A DNA stretch of 63,375 nt, counting the filler, from Piptocephalis cylindrospora (taxonomy: Eukaryota), in NCBI GenBank assembly GCA_003614145.1. It is 2 parts of 2 records of this genome, joined end to end, with 100 filler letters (N's around TTAATTAATTAA, not from the genome) between each part and the next. Parts side by side here need not be neighbours in the genome. Positions count along the whole stretch, not along the records: positions 31,876 to 63,375 come from KZ987751.1; 1 more part is not named here. One strand, 5' to 3'. Every line of letters starts with the position of its first letter. Positions within the stretch are counted from its first letter, which is position 1. The notes under the pieces are model-generated. The model saw only the letters and a program-made list of their open reading frames with translations, was not told the origin of the DNA and did no database searches. Of the stretch, positions 47,340 to 60,435 are shown in pieces. The position numbers and the translations under genes were made by a program.

Positions 47340-48275
47340 GGGGAAGAGAAAGATGGGAAGAAGAAAGAACGAGAGAGACACGGAAAGGCCGTCCTTGTTC
47401 ACCCCCTACTGGAAAAGGTCGATCCACTCACACCTTAAATACCCTTCCCCTGGTCCACAAGCTCTCAAACTCACGTCTGAAAGGATCTGCTCTGCCCCAT
47501 CGCACCGCACCGCACCTTCACCATTATCGTGGGGCTCCTCTCCGCTGGCCTTACCCATTCCCCAGTTCCACTCCTCTATGTGAAAATGATGCGTGGGTGT
47601 ATCCTCGTTTTAGAGTGGGAATAGGACGCATTCACCCACCCTGGCTCCCATCCTCACATCACCAATGATCTTTTTCCCTATGAGCAGGCGCATACATGGG
47701 CATTTGCTCTAACTGGTCAAGTAAACCCTACTACAGATCCTCTCATCTCGTCATCTCTACGCTTGCAACATCCCCATACGGTGAATATCGTTACACGGGT
47801 AAATGGTTACACAACCTTAACGCTTTATCCCGAAAGGCCAAGCCCAGAAGCGCCTCAGCAATATCCATGGTATCACAAGGCCAAGAAGAAGATTACTTGA
47901 GAGGGGGGAGATCGCCCCATGATCCTTTCCTTTGTACAACCTGGAGAAGGAAACATAATGTAGAATGAAGAATATCATTCTTTGGGGAAACTAATTCCCC
48001 GCATCATCATCATCATCAAGGAAAAACTTCCTTGACAACAGGTCAAGGATCGCAATATTCATTCACGCACAGTTACACATTGACCATACACACACATCAA
48101 CATCATCCTCGACACGCTGGTCCGCCCCATCCCAAATTCACTGAAGGAGGCCTTGTCAAGGTCCATTGGGGAGGGAGGATGGAAATGGGCCCCCAGCATA
48201 CTATTCACTCCTGTCATGCCCTGCCCTGCTGCCACACACTCAGAGGCGTCCCCTCCTCTCTCTCCCCATCCCCCC

Positions 48276-50381
48276 TCATACCTCATCCTTGTGTGCGGAT
48301 TTTTCCAGTCGACGTGATCTCCCCTCTTCATCTTCAGCATCCTCATCTTCATCCCCCCCTCGTTCGTTATCATTTCCCTGATCAGCAGCGGGCCCTTGGG
48401 AGGATCCAACGATGGAGGGAGGATCGGCAAGGGCAGAGGTAGGGGCATATGCTGAGGACGTGGAGGAGTCTGACGAGGAAGAGGCGGACGTGGGTGGTGC
48501 AGGGGCGTTAAGGAAGGTAGAAGGGAAGAGTCCTCCAGTACTGGGTGGAGTCATGGCACTCTCCATCTCACCTCCCCTTCCTCTATCTTCCCCCTCCCTA
48601 ACACCATCAGGATGATGAGTGGTGTCCCCATCTTCCTCCCCTTCCTGGGCTGGGGTAGGAATGAAATTATCCCTTGACGACCCAGCTCCAGTTTCATCTT
48701 CGGAGATACGTAATCCACGGGCTTGCTCGGTGACACTCAATATCTCCTCCGAGACCAGAGCGGATCTAGGAGGGGCCCTATGAGGGTCTGCCTCCCATTC
48801 TGGCTCTTCCTCCCTCCCATCTCCCTCCTCCCCAGACATCGTCATAGGAGCAGAGACTCCGAAATTGGAGGGAGTATTCCCAGCTGAATTAGATCTAGAT
48901 GCCCCCTGATTTCCTTCTAGGGAGGGACCGTGTCGCTGGTTTGAAGAATCAGGATCAGAGGAGGTATTGGCCGATAATGGGTTCACATCCTCGGTTGGAC
49001 CCGTGGAGGAGGAGGAGGTAGCGACAGCAGGGTCTGCTGTCGCCGATGCTACCCCTTCTACCTCCGCCTCCCCCGCTGCCGCAGCTGCTGCAGAGGCGGC
49101 AGCGGCCTGGGCCGCCATAGCAGCCATCTCAGCCAACTCCCCCTCACTCAGCTCCTCGGGCTCGGCCATCAAGTCTACATAGGCCCGACAAATGGGACAA
49201 GTGAATCCATCGGCCTCTTCAGTTACCCCAGCTCGGGTCCTCATCCGAAGGAGTGGACGAATGCAGGTAAAGTGGTAGCAATGGGCACAGGGAGTTACTA
49301 AAAGGGTGGAGCGTCGTAGAGGCAGGAGACAGATACAGCAGTCAGCCGGGCCATTCCCCGTTCCTGCCGTCAGATCTGTGCCTCCTCCTGAGGCGGAGGG
49401 GCCCAGGGCCATGGTATTGGCCGAGGTGGATGCCAGACCAGTCCCACCGGCCATCAAGGTAGCGTCTCCTGCCGGGGATCCCGATACTGACCTACCCAAG
49501 GAGGCCCCTTGTAGAGGGGAAATGACCGCTGCTAATGCCGCATTCCTGATGGGAAAAGGATGGATTGAGCATGTGTATAGAAACTGTTCCTTCCCTTTCC
49601 TGACGCTCACATTACACAGGACAAAGTACCTACCGATAGGTGGCATTGTCAGCGTGCCTTCGGTTCAGCTCAACACGCATACGGACACACCGAAATATCT
49701 CCTGTTCCCCGCCACGATACTCCACACCCAGCTGAAGGCAGTCTCCATCCCTTACTCTTACAGCACTACTTCGGACATTTTGAGGGCTTAGCCTCGCCTG
49801 ATTGAGAAAGGTCCCAGAGGAGCTTGCCGTATCCCTGATGTACAACTAGAAGAAAGGGTCCAAGTATGAGACCCTTCCCTCCCCGATGATCAACCCCACC
49901 ATTGCCCTAGACAAACAAGGCTTACCTCCCCTCGTTCATACCAGACTTCAGCATGAAGTCGACTAACGACCTTGGACTTGAAGCGAATGGGTTCAACCTC
50001 GCCTTCGAGATGACGAGGGCCCTCGCGAGTATGACGATCCGTATACCGCCCCACTTTGACAATGACGTTGGGGGGAATGCTTCGTTCAACGGGAGCAAAG
50101 CGAAGAGAAGGAGTCTGGGAGGGACCAGAGATCATGGCTCCCATGGGTGGGGTATATGGGACGAGACGGAGTCTGGCATCGTTGGGTCGACTGGTCGAAG
50201 TAGAGATGGAGACTGATGGGGAGATAGGAATGGCCTGAGTGGCTGAAACAGAGGGGGAGGTGGTGGTAGCGGAGGCTGTGGTGGTCGTGGTCGTCGTAGG
50301 TGAGGCAGAGGTGGTGGAGGAGGGTTGAGGAAAAGGAATTGGGTTGGCAGTTACCCCGGTGCGAATGTTATTTTGCGCCAT
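48276..50381 (-). CDS. DMA1: FHA + RING-H2 E3 ubiquitin ligase (Dma1/Chfr-like)
   Basis: FHA: VKVGRYTD, FKSKVVSRLHAE, YIRDTASSSGTFLN and LQLGVEYRGG. RING: CCICL..TPCAHCYHFTCIRPL..CPICR. Introns at 49846-49925 and 49546-49633. The 3' end is uncertain. Confidence 0.9.
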
Positions 50382-51319
50382 GGTATGCAGGAGGGGGGGA
50401 AGATACCTAAACTATAAAAGAGGATTGATAAAGGCTACGGATATACGCACACAAAAGGCGTCAGAAAAGGAAGGGGGTAGAGAGGATGGGGTTGGTATCA
50501 ACGGCACCGATTCGGCAGACTCAAGGGAGTGGTAGAGATGATCCGGGCAAAAAAGAAAGGAAGGGTATGTGTGTGTGTGTGTGAGGGCGAAGATGGGTAT
50601 GATAGAAAATGGAAAGTGGAACAAGGACAGAGTGCAAGGGAAAGGCGGAGGCCAACCGAAGCGCAAGTCAGGGGTAGGGTAACAACACCAATAGGGGTGG
50701 AGAGCGACTATGAGGGAGGTGTTGCCCGGTCAAGCGTAAGGGGTGGGGGGTCACGGGAGGCTAGAGGAGGATCTCAGACCACGGGGACTGAAGAGATGTT
50801 GATGATGGAGGTGGGACGAGGCTTAAGGATGGATGGACGGACAAGGAACGGGATGGGTAGGAAGGAGACAAAACCCTAAATGGAAGATAAGTGACAAGGC
50901 GTGAGATGTGTTGTTATTGTTGTGAGGATATGGCGCTTTGCCAGCTTGGAAGATCAGAAAGGTAGGGGAGACACACACAGCCTTTCTCCAAGGGGCTCTA
51001 CTAACCGTATTGGAGGTGGGGGGGGAACAGCGGAGGATCCAGGCGGAGTGGAAAAGGACAACTCTTTCCCTCACTCTCGTAGATCAAGCCAAGAGAAGTA
51101 TGAGGAGGAGGAGGGAGAGAAGGAGGGAAAGGGGAGAGAAAGAGAGAGAAAGAGAGAGAAAGAGAGAGAATGGGAAAGGAATCCTTGAGTGTGGGACTGA
51201 AGGGATAATTGGGATGGGGGTAGGATGAGTAAGGAAGGAAGATTGAAATGGGTGGGAGTGAAGGGAGGGAGGGAGAATGGGACACCGGAATGAGTTGGGG
51301 ATGTGTGGAGATAAGTATA

Positions 51320-51353
<34 letters not shown>

Positions 51354-53725
51354 GAGTGAATGTGTGGATGTGCGGGGAAGAGGGAGACTGAACTGAACCG
51401 AACCGAACTGGACTAAACTGGAGGGAAAGAAATAGGGAGTGAGAGGACGATGAGTGTAATAACAGGGAGGACGCAAGGAAAGGGGCCAGATACACCCCGT
51501 GGGCCAGTAGTTCAACTAGCACAGCTGATGCAAGTCAAATGGAATGTCAATGTGAGTGTGTATGTGTGTGCGTGCATGTCGATGTGTGTGGTCTGATTGA
51601 CCTGCCTGGGAGAATACATCGGATATAGAGAAGGGAGGGACGTGGACCGGCCCCCTCCCCGACTCAAAGCTCTTCTTCCCCGCATTCAGCCTCTCTCATG
51701 GCCTTCCTGGACTGCCGCCTCCCATCAGCACCTCTCCTCAGGACGACCCACTTGGTGTCACTAACAATGACAACGCGTGGTGCCATCGTGGTGACCAGGT
51801 GGGGGGAGGAAGATTCGGCTGAATGCACGAAAAGAGCGGACCTTGAAGAGGGGAGGCTGGACAGAAGGCTCACCGTGCTCGGGGTATAATGCTGGGACGG
51901 AGGGCCACGGAACATCGTATGCAGGGGAAGCGGCGATGTGGGATCGGGGATGATTAGGATGATCTTGCGTACAGAGAAGGGACCTAGGAATGGGTAAAAG
52001 GGTGCGCGTTGTCGGTAGAATCACAGGCCTCTCTCAAGGATATCCTGCCCATGGCCTTGGGAGGAGGGGGTGGGACATGCAAAGGCCTCAGTCGAGTAAC
52101 CAGGCCATCCTTTTTGCCATCACATCTCCTTGACCACACCCTTCGGTCATGACCGTCTCCATGGGACATTCATAATGGATAATTCGTGAATGCCCCTGAG
52201 CATCAGACCATGTCTCCCACCTTCATCCCCATCAAAGAATCAGGTGATATTGACATGTGCAAGTCAGAAGGACTTTGCTGGATGAGTGGGACGGGTAATA
52301 CACCCCGACCCTTGACACCCCTCTGTAGTGCTGCCTATACACGCATGACAATGATGAAACCCATTCTATGTTCCACAGATACAGCAGGCTATATGCATGT
52401 ATACTTGCATACAGATGTATGTTGAATGCACATGTGAACAAAGACCTATCGTGATCCCTATGATGTGGCCGAGGTTGATCGTGGTATTAATCATCCTTGT
52501 CATGACCTAGTTCGCACCCAGCCCTCATCCGGCCCCATACCTTGAGATTAAATGATGCTCACCCTAAATCAACTCAGCACTTTATAGGCACAACAAGACA
52601 GACGTACCCTTGAATCGTTCATAAAACTACCTATCAAAAGTACCCAAGAGGCAAAGGAAGTAAGGTCTTATGAGAATCCCTCACAGGGCGCTTTTTCCGC
52701 TGAGGAGTCCTCCAGGATAAATGAACGATAGTATATGACATTAGTCAGAGAATAAATTAAGATTTATTAGTCGTTCCTCCCCTTTCTTCCCTTTTACGAT
52801 AACTACGGTAATCACGGTACCCATCTTATCCCCTCCTCCCGCAAACCTTTCTCATCCGTATAGACCCGTTCATTCCTGGATAAAGTACAATGATGAGCCA
52901 AAAAAGACACCTTGCAAGACTCGCTGCAGGAGTACCCGTTTCCCCCAGAGCATGTGATGGTGGCGAGGGTATCCGAGTGCCACATGAACCATCCATACAA
53001 AACTACCCCTCTACCGGAAGCAGTATCTGGGGAAGGGAAGAACCAGAGAACATTGGCTTACTTGCTTTCCGAGTTCCTGAGTCTCCTGTAGGCAAAGGGG
53101 GAAAGGCGCATGCTGGTTCATATGAGCGAGGCTGGATCTCGGGTCAACAAGCTGAGTGAGGAGAGAGTTGTGGTGTTGTATCTTGCGCAAATCAAGCACA
53201 TCAAGCGTCAAGGTCTATGGTAAGCTGAAGTGGAGGGTGAGATTGAGCAATGGAACTGACTAGAGGCTAAGTGATTAACTAAACTACTTATCCCTTCCTT
53301 GGGGTGTAAACGATGACAGGCCAGTAGCGTAGGCTTAGAGAGAAGGACCAAGTAAAACGAGAGAGACGGATAAAAAGGAAACGGATGAGGGCAACAATGG
53401 TAATGATGGCAATGACAATGACGATAATGCATTTATGAACACGAACTGTCGATCATTCGAAGCCGAGGAAGATGACTAGGCCCCGGGATGGAATAGAAAT
53501 GCAAATGATGCGTTCACAAAGATAGAAGCGAAAGGAACACCAAAGGACGATAAATGGATATTAATTTATTTGGCAGGATGAACTAGATGGATAGAGAGGA
53601 GATTGATAGCTCAAGATCTCGTGGTAAGAATCATTTTCAAGTTCGTCATAAAAGTAAATGAAAGGAATGATGGCCAGAGAAGACAGTTTTGTTACCCTGA
53701 TAACCCATCTAAACTAGGCTGATAT

Positions 53726-53899
53726 TCAATGGAAGATACGTTGATCGTATGGGAGGAGGAGCTCGGAAAAGGCGGAGCGTTCATTGGAGAAGAGCTCACG
53801 GATGGGTGCGTCCTGCTGCTCGGGAATCGGGGCTGAAAGAATATAGGTGGACATGAGGAGCATGAGTGAAAGAAGATGAGTAGGGCTGGAGAGGAGCAT
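53726..53899 (-). CDS. Candidate small secreted peptide (57 aa)
   Basis: MLLSSPTHLLSLMLLMSTYILS/APIP has a signal-peptide-like start and a CT-rich leader upstream; no family was recognised. Confidence 0.3.
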   Translation of the reverse strand: MLLSSPTHLLSLMLLMSTYILSAPIPEQQDAPIRELFSNERSAFSELLLPYDQRIFH

Positions 53900-56281
53900 A
53901 AAGGGCGTAGGTTTGACGTAGATGATAATCAAGGTAAAGTGTGGAGTTGAGAAGGAGGGAGGGAGGAAGCAAGGAGGGAAGGAAGGAGGAAAGCAGGGAG
54001 GAGCCAGGGAAGGAAGGAGGGTGGGAAGGAAGGATTCAACCTTTTGTGAATGGAAAGACAACCAGTACGTCGATTGGCATGCACACCGAACCATCCTGCC
54101 GCCAAGTGTCCCTTTCAGAGATAGGGAAGGAATGAGGGGAAGCAGAGTCACGTGGGAAAGGATAGCCTCATACGGATGGGATGAGGGTGCGGAGACAGCA
54201 GGGAGAATGCAACGGCGAGCCCCATGACGCTGCGGTGTGGGAAAGCGTGCATACAAGAACAGATCATCATCTGAAACTTCACATTGACAAAATGGACGAT
54301 AGCAAAGGCTGCTTCAATCATGGGCTGGGGTTCGAGACCCAACATGCCTTACCAATCAGAGATGAATGGGCATGTAAGCCTATGTAGTAAGCGCTGCACA
54401 GTTCCATTGATGCCACGTACGTTAACCAAGAGATATCTCAAGAATTTACGCTTCTGAGTATGCGTGCATGAGTACAAAAAGCATGAGGTGTCTATATTCG
54501 AGCCAATGATAATCGGCCCCAATGAAAGAATGGGCTACCCATCTATTTTGAGGCTCTCTGATAGCATGCTAGTACCAGTTGGAATGGAAAGACAACGGCT
54601 AACCTTCATCATTCATGCTGCGATCAAAGTGATTCGAGCCATAAAAATTATATCTAATTGACGTGGCATCAGTATCCTTGCATTGAACTAAAAATACACC
54701 CGAGTCGCGACTTCTGATGGCGTTAGCATCAATATCCAGGCCAGCCCCAACGACTCTCACATGGATCTGCAATTCCATAGTTGCAGATATACCCTTTCTG
54801 TCAAAGCTCAAGATCAGCCTCTAGAATTCCATGGGCTTGGATGAGGAGCCTGACGGCCCAGATGAGCCATCCTGGAGTGCGCTTTGACCATTTCTGTTTC
54901 TCCGGTAATTCCTCAGAGAAGACGAGCTAGATGCATCACTGGTGGGATTCTAAGCCCATTTGCCCTTATCCCGGGGCAAGCTTGGCCAACTGAATCCTTC
55001 CTTTAGGCGATATAAGGAAAGCACTGGAAAATAGGCACAATCATCCTCAGGATGAAAAAGGCTGTTAATGCGCCTGTGTGATCTTACAAAGACATATAAG
55101 ATAATTCCTAGGATTTGGGATACAGATCAAGGCCCCAAGTGGAACCTTAACGCCACTGTATATATAGATGCATCTCAGAAAGTGCAAAGTCGGTCAGCTC
55201 AATGTATATTGAGAGGCGGACATGCGGACCTCTTGGAACATCAATAGATAGCAGATACATGTCAATCGAATGAGCCCGGACATCAGCAATCAGAGAAGAA
55301 AAGAGTTGGATAAATTTGATGGCGTGTCGTATCATTATACCGACGATGAGGTTCTCACAGACCCTCTTCACCAGCTTCTCATCGAGTATGGGGCGAGTGC
55401 CCCAATCAGAATGGCCAAGAACAGGCATAGGGGTGTAGGATCAAACACATCGTTTGAAGCAGGAGCAGCATGCATTTGAATCATTAGGGCTTATAGAGGG
55501 AGGGGGTGGGATTTGAATAGTGGATCTATGCAATAATGGGTATAAGAGCGGGGTGGTAGATCGAATGAGATTGTACGATGAAGTGTGACCAAGTATTATT
55601 AAGATACGTGAGGAAAAGAACGAATAGATACAGTAGAACAATCGAGAAAAGAAGAGTGACCCTATTTATTTACCACCAGGGTCCGCCAATCTATCAGCAC
55701 AGAGTCCTCGTATGTCCAATAGAATGGAGAGAGAAGAGACAATGTATTGGCCAAAAATTGGTTATCCATCCAATGGAATGGAGCTGTTGTAGGGTAGCTA
55801 CACGTAAAATAAATAAAGATTAGCGTTTACACCAGTTAATTACCTCTTTTCTTACTCCGCCATTTATGTGCATGTGCAGGACCTAATGGAGACGTCTGGG
55901 CACTCTAAATCTCTGATCCATTAAAGGATGAGAATTATGGTTAAAAGCCGATCCTTTCCATTGCATGACCTATCGTCCCCCAATCGCTTGAGTACCATCC
56001 GCAATGCTGGAGGTAAAGAGCACACGGTGGGGGAGCGTTTTCGTCAGTGTATATGCGTTGCGAGACGCAAGTCGATCCGCTACCAATTACCCCAACCATG
56101 ATTCTTTCTCTTTGGATCCCCCAATGGCAACTTTCAGCACTTTATAAAGAAAAATATAGAGCTTATCTACTTCAGCAAACAAAACCCGTCACCCTGCATC
56201 TCCTTTGACTCTCCCGCACAGGAAAGAATGTTATCGTCATCCTCAGCCTCCATCCTGGAGGACAGAGCCCGCCCAACTCAC

Positions 56282-57865
56282 TTAATCCTTTGATTTGCTG
56301 CTCTTCTTCTTCTTCTTCTTCTTCTCTCCCTCATCCTCCTTGACATCCTCTTCGGCCTTGCGCTTCTTCTCCTTCTTTTCTTTCTTTTCCTTCTTCTCCT
56401 TCTTAGCCTTCTTCTCCGAGCCATTCTCCCCATTTACTGTGCTTCCATTCCCTTCAACGGACTGGACGACAAAGTCTGCACCGGCATTGTAGGTGGATCC
56501 AGTGCCCTTGACCTCAATCTTATCTTGCTTCTTTCCCTTGGACCCATCAGCCTTCTTGGGTAGGGCAGGAAGGCCCTCGAGCTGCCGGAGACGTGCCTCG
56601 ACCTTCTCCCGGGCCTGGACTCCAACTTCGGCATCACCCTCAGCACCATCACCTAGAGCATCGACACGACAGGATAGGGAGGCCTTGGTGGCAACCATCC
56701 GAGCAATCTTGCCCTTTTGCTTGGTCCCAGCCTGACCGATGAGGGAGGCGTGGTAGATAAGACCGTACTTGGGAGTGTCATGCTTGGTCTTGAGGGCACG
56801 GAATAGGGCCTTCTCAGCTCCGAAGATCTGGACAGTAGAGGCAGGCTGCTTAGCCAGGTTCATGAGGGATCCGGCGTGGGAGATGAGCCGAGCACCGACC
56901 ATCTCACCCACCAAGGCCGTGAGGTTGGGGGCAATAGCGTTCATGCGGTTCTTGAGGTACTCGTACAGCTGGGCACGGTAGCTGGAAATGTGGATGATCT
57001 GGTCGCACAGATGGTGGATGTTGAGGAGATCCTCATCACTAATCTCCGTTCCCATGGAAATCTCGGCAGCCTCCTTCACCTCGGTCTCCAGCTCCTCGGG
57101 GAGGATTTCCCCAAGATCTGTCTCCTTCATGTTGGAGCGGAATCCAACAGCACGAACCACCTTGGAATAGGCCAGGTTGTCAACAATGATCTTGCCCATT
57201 TCGGGGAAGTGCCAACCATACCATTCCTTCATGCGCATGGAGTAAGTGTTGAGCTCCTTATCCAGGTCATCGAGCAGAGCAATGGCCTGTACCACCATGG
57301 TGTCAACCTTGTCAGGGGAGAACTTGATCTTGTACCGGGAGAGGGAGTGGGAAAGACCAAGGACCATGGCAGACATATCGGCCGAGGGGATTCCGGAGAG
57401 AAGCCCATCGAGCTGGGACCGGATGCCACGGAAGAGCTCCATGGTCTTGGAGGAATCCGAGGCCACGGAGATACCCAACTTCTTGGAGATATCTGACGCT
57501 AATTTAGCGTCACCCACCGCCAAGGTCTCCTTCTTGAGCTCCTTGGAGGAGAGCTCCTTCTCCAGGAACTCCTTCAAGCCCTTGGACACTTTGCCCTCCA
57601 CCATGGCGGTGGCGGCCGACATGGCATCCACGGTGCTTTCGAACTTCTGGAAAGCCTTTAAGCGGATACTATTGGGAGGGAAAGGGGAGGATATGAGGGC
57701 ACGAGATGGGGAAAGGTACCCTGTCACAGCTAGATGAACTTACGCGGCATTGGCCTTCTCAGGGGTCTCGAACTGCTTGTAAAGGTCATCAGGCTTCTCC
57801 AACTTGCCCTCATCGTGCATCTTGAAGAGGGCAAACCCAGCGGGGGTTTCAAAAAGGACGAGCAT
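56282..57865 (-). CDS. NOP58: Box C/D snoRNP protein Nop58
   Basis: Exon 1 MLVLFETPAGFALFK and intron 57669-57743, then GLSHSLSRYKIKFSPDKVD, EWYGWHFPEM, GAEKALFRALKTKHDTPKYG and a KKE tail. Confidence 0.97.
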
Positions 57866-58524
57866 CCTGGGAACAAGTGGAGATGATTGGAGAGTGGACG
57901 GGGAGCAGTGAGCGGGAAGGAGTAGAGAAGAAGGGGGAGAAAGGAAAGCCTGGCAGAGGAGGAGGCGGATTTAGTGCTAGACAATGGAAGGACAGTGTGT
58001 AAACCAACGGAAGGAGGGGGGGAAGCGGGTCTTTTTTTTTCGTGGCTGTCGCTCTTTGCCCGTGTGTGTGTGTGTGTGTGTGGCGGCTGGGTTTGGCTAT
58101 GTGCAAAAAGAAGAAAAAAAAGCACTGATGCACTTTCATCTGGTAAATGGATCCGCAGAGAGGCCTCACAGTGTGAGCGGATGAAAATAATAATAAAATG
58201 ATATGTATTTGGCCAATTTGAACCTTTATAGGATGAGAGGCATGCGTCTCATCATTAAAGACCTTGCCCAGGTGAACGATAATAGGGAAAATGACTAAAA
58301 AAGAGAAAAGCATTACCATCTCCCCAGAGCAAACCTCTCCCTGAATGACCTTGGATGCTTGGCAAGCATTGTTCCACATAAATCCTCAAGACCCAGTGTC
58401 GTCTCAGACCCGAGGATATGACCAATAAAGGGGGATTTAAGTCTTGAACACTGCAAAAGAGCACATTGCTCCTCAGCCAAATCCTCCGTCCTTCCTTGAT
58501 TTCTCCCATCCCATCTGCCTCGTC

Positions 58525-59133
58525 ATGTCAGCTCATCCAAACCAGGTGCTTTTTGCTGAAGGAGTTCGACTGATCCTCGGGTCCTGGACCGCGCTTAATT
58601 TGGCCGTGGAAATGGATTGGTCCGAGGATGGGTTGGCCGAGGAGAAGTTCGAGTGGCTCGCCGATGATGTGATTGTCGACTACTTTTCCAAGAGTAAGTT
58701 CTATTTGGGCTATGAAATAAGGGAAGTGAGGATGGATAACTCATAGCGCATTTTCTCTTCTCTCGCCGCCAACTTATAGAGGGCAAATCGATTGACGCGG
58801 ACGAAATGGATGAAATCCTAGATCAGATCATGAAGGATGAATTCAATACCATTCTCGAGGACGATAGTACTTATCATGTAGGCGATATTTAGGAGGGAGG
58901 GAGGCATGGGGTAGAGACACTCATCTCTTTCATTATAGGTTGGAAAGCAATTAGTTCAGTTATACACCCAGATCATTCAAGGGAACTACTCGGGTATTGA
59001 GGCATTAAGGGCTGCCAAGGCAAATAAGAAATCCTCGGCAGCTCAAGAATCCCTTGCTGGCCCTCAATCTGCTAGTGATGACGATGATGATGATGATGAT
59101 GATGAGGAGGAGGAGGAGGAGAGAGAGGAGTGA
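58525..59133 (+). CDS. TSR2: Pre-rRNA-processing protein Tsr2 (3 exons)
   Basis: FAEGVRLILGSWTALNLAVEMDW, DEILDQIMKDEFNTILEDDS, VGKQLVQLY and an acidic tail. Confidence 0.88.
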
Positions 59134-59340
59134 ATGCGCACGGAAAAGAAGAAATGGATACTGTTCCCTATTCAAATGAATATACATAGTAGATGATATT
59201 CTCCCCCACCATCCACTAAACCAATCGAGAAGGCGCGTACGTATCACAAAGGTAATTAACACAAGAAAGCTATCTGCATGTACTTGCACGGCCCCCTCGC
59301 CCCGACTCAATATTCGCTCGTCTTTCCCATTGTCCCCCCA

Positions 59341-60435
59341 CTACGGTTCAGCCACCTTGACTACAGCCTTGCCAAAGTTTTTCCCATTCAAAAGGTCGAC
59401 AAAGGCCTGGGGGGCATTTTCAACGCCTTCGGTAATATTTTCTCGAAACTTGAACTTGCCTTCCTTGATCCACCCGGAGATCTCCTGGACGGATTGGTCC
59501 TGGTAGGCTGCAAGATCTCGATTTACAACGAATCCACGCATGGTGATGCTCTTGGCCGCGAGTTGAATAAGGTTATGAACGCCATCATCTTCGTTAGCCC
59601 GATTGTAGAAAGTCTGCATGCCGCACACGACGATCCGAGCATGGTTATTGGCAACGTTGAGAACAGCATCTAGCATCTTTCCCCCAATGTTCTCGTAATA
59701 CACGTCGATACCATTGGGACATACGTTTTTCAGGGCCTGGGTACAATCGCCATCTTTGCACTTTTTGTAGTTGAAGGCGGCATCAAATCCCAATTCCCTG
59801 GTGAGGTATGCAACCTTTTCATCGTCTCCGGCTGTGCCCACCACGTACATCCCCAGGTTCTTGCCAACTTGACCAGCCACTTGACCCACGGCTCCGGAGG
59901 CTGCGCTCACAAACAGCGTCTCTCCGGCCTTGGGCTTCCCAATGTCCAGGAGGGCGCCGTACGCCGTCCATGCGGGCATCCCAAGGACCCCAAGGTAGTA
60001 GGATAGAGGAAGGCCAGTGGACCGGGCCGAATCCAGCTTCGTCAGGGCCCCCACCCCTCCACTGTCCTTCTCGCCCTGGATGATCGTGTAGGATTGCCAT
60101 GGCAGGTCGCCCATCACAATGTCTCCCGGGGATAGCTTGGGGTATGTGGATTGAACCACCTCGGCAATGGCCCCGCCGTGCATCGGCTCTCCAACACTAA
60201 AGGCAGCAGCATAATGGGATCCCTTTGGGTCACGCATCCGACCGCGCATATACGAATCCAGGGAAAGATAAAGAGTGCGCAAGACCACTCCCTGATCCTG
60301 GGGCAAGGAGACCTCGGCGAGATTCAGGCTCTCTCGGTCAATGCGGAAGTCCTCATCGACCCGGGGCATGGCATTGGGGATATGAGAGTAGATGACTCGG
60401 ACATTCTCCACAGCCTGTGTCTTTGAGCTGGACAT
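59341..60435 (-). CDS. NADP-dependent MDR oxidoreductase (PTGR/alkenal reductase-like, zinc-independent)
   Basis: True start is likely MSSSKTQ (60435). Motifs LYLSLDSYMRGRM, LGVLGMPAWTAYGAL, VSAASGAVGQ, GIDVYYENIGG and GKNFGKAVV. Confidence 0.92.
   Translation of the reverse strand: MSSSKTQAVENVRVIYSHIPNAMPRVDEDFRIDRESLNLAEVSLPQDQGVVLRTLYLSLDSYMRGRMRDPKGSHYAAAFSVGEPMHGGAIAEVVQSTYPKLSPGDIVMGDLPWQSYTIIQGEKDSGGVGALTKLDSARSTGLPLSYYLGVLGMPAWTAYGALLDIGKPKAGETLFVSAASGAVGQVAGQVGKNLGMYVVGTAGDDEKVAYLTRELGFDAAFNYKKCKDGDCTQALKNVCPNGIDVYYENIGGKMLDAVLNVANNHARIVVCGMQTFYNRANEDDGVHNLIQLAAKSITMRGFVVNRDLAAYQDQSVQEISGWIKEGKFKFRENITEGVENAPQAFVDLLNGKNFGKAVVKVAEP

Noticed and set aside
54320..54355. GGTTCGAGACCC...ACCA resembling a tRNA T-arm and 3' end
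   Set aside because: The T-stem is imperfect and no D-arm, anticodon arm or acceptor stem could be folded.
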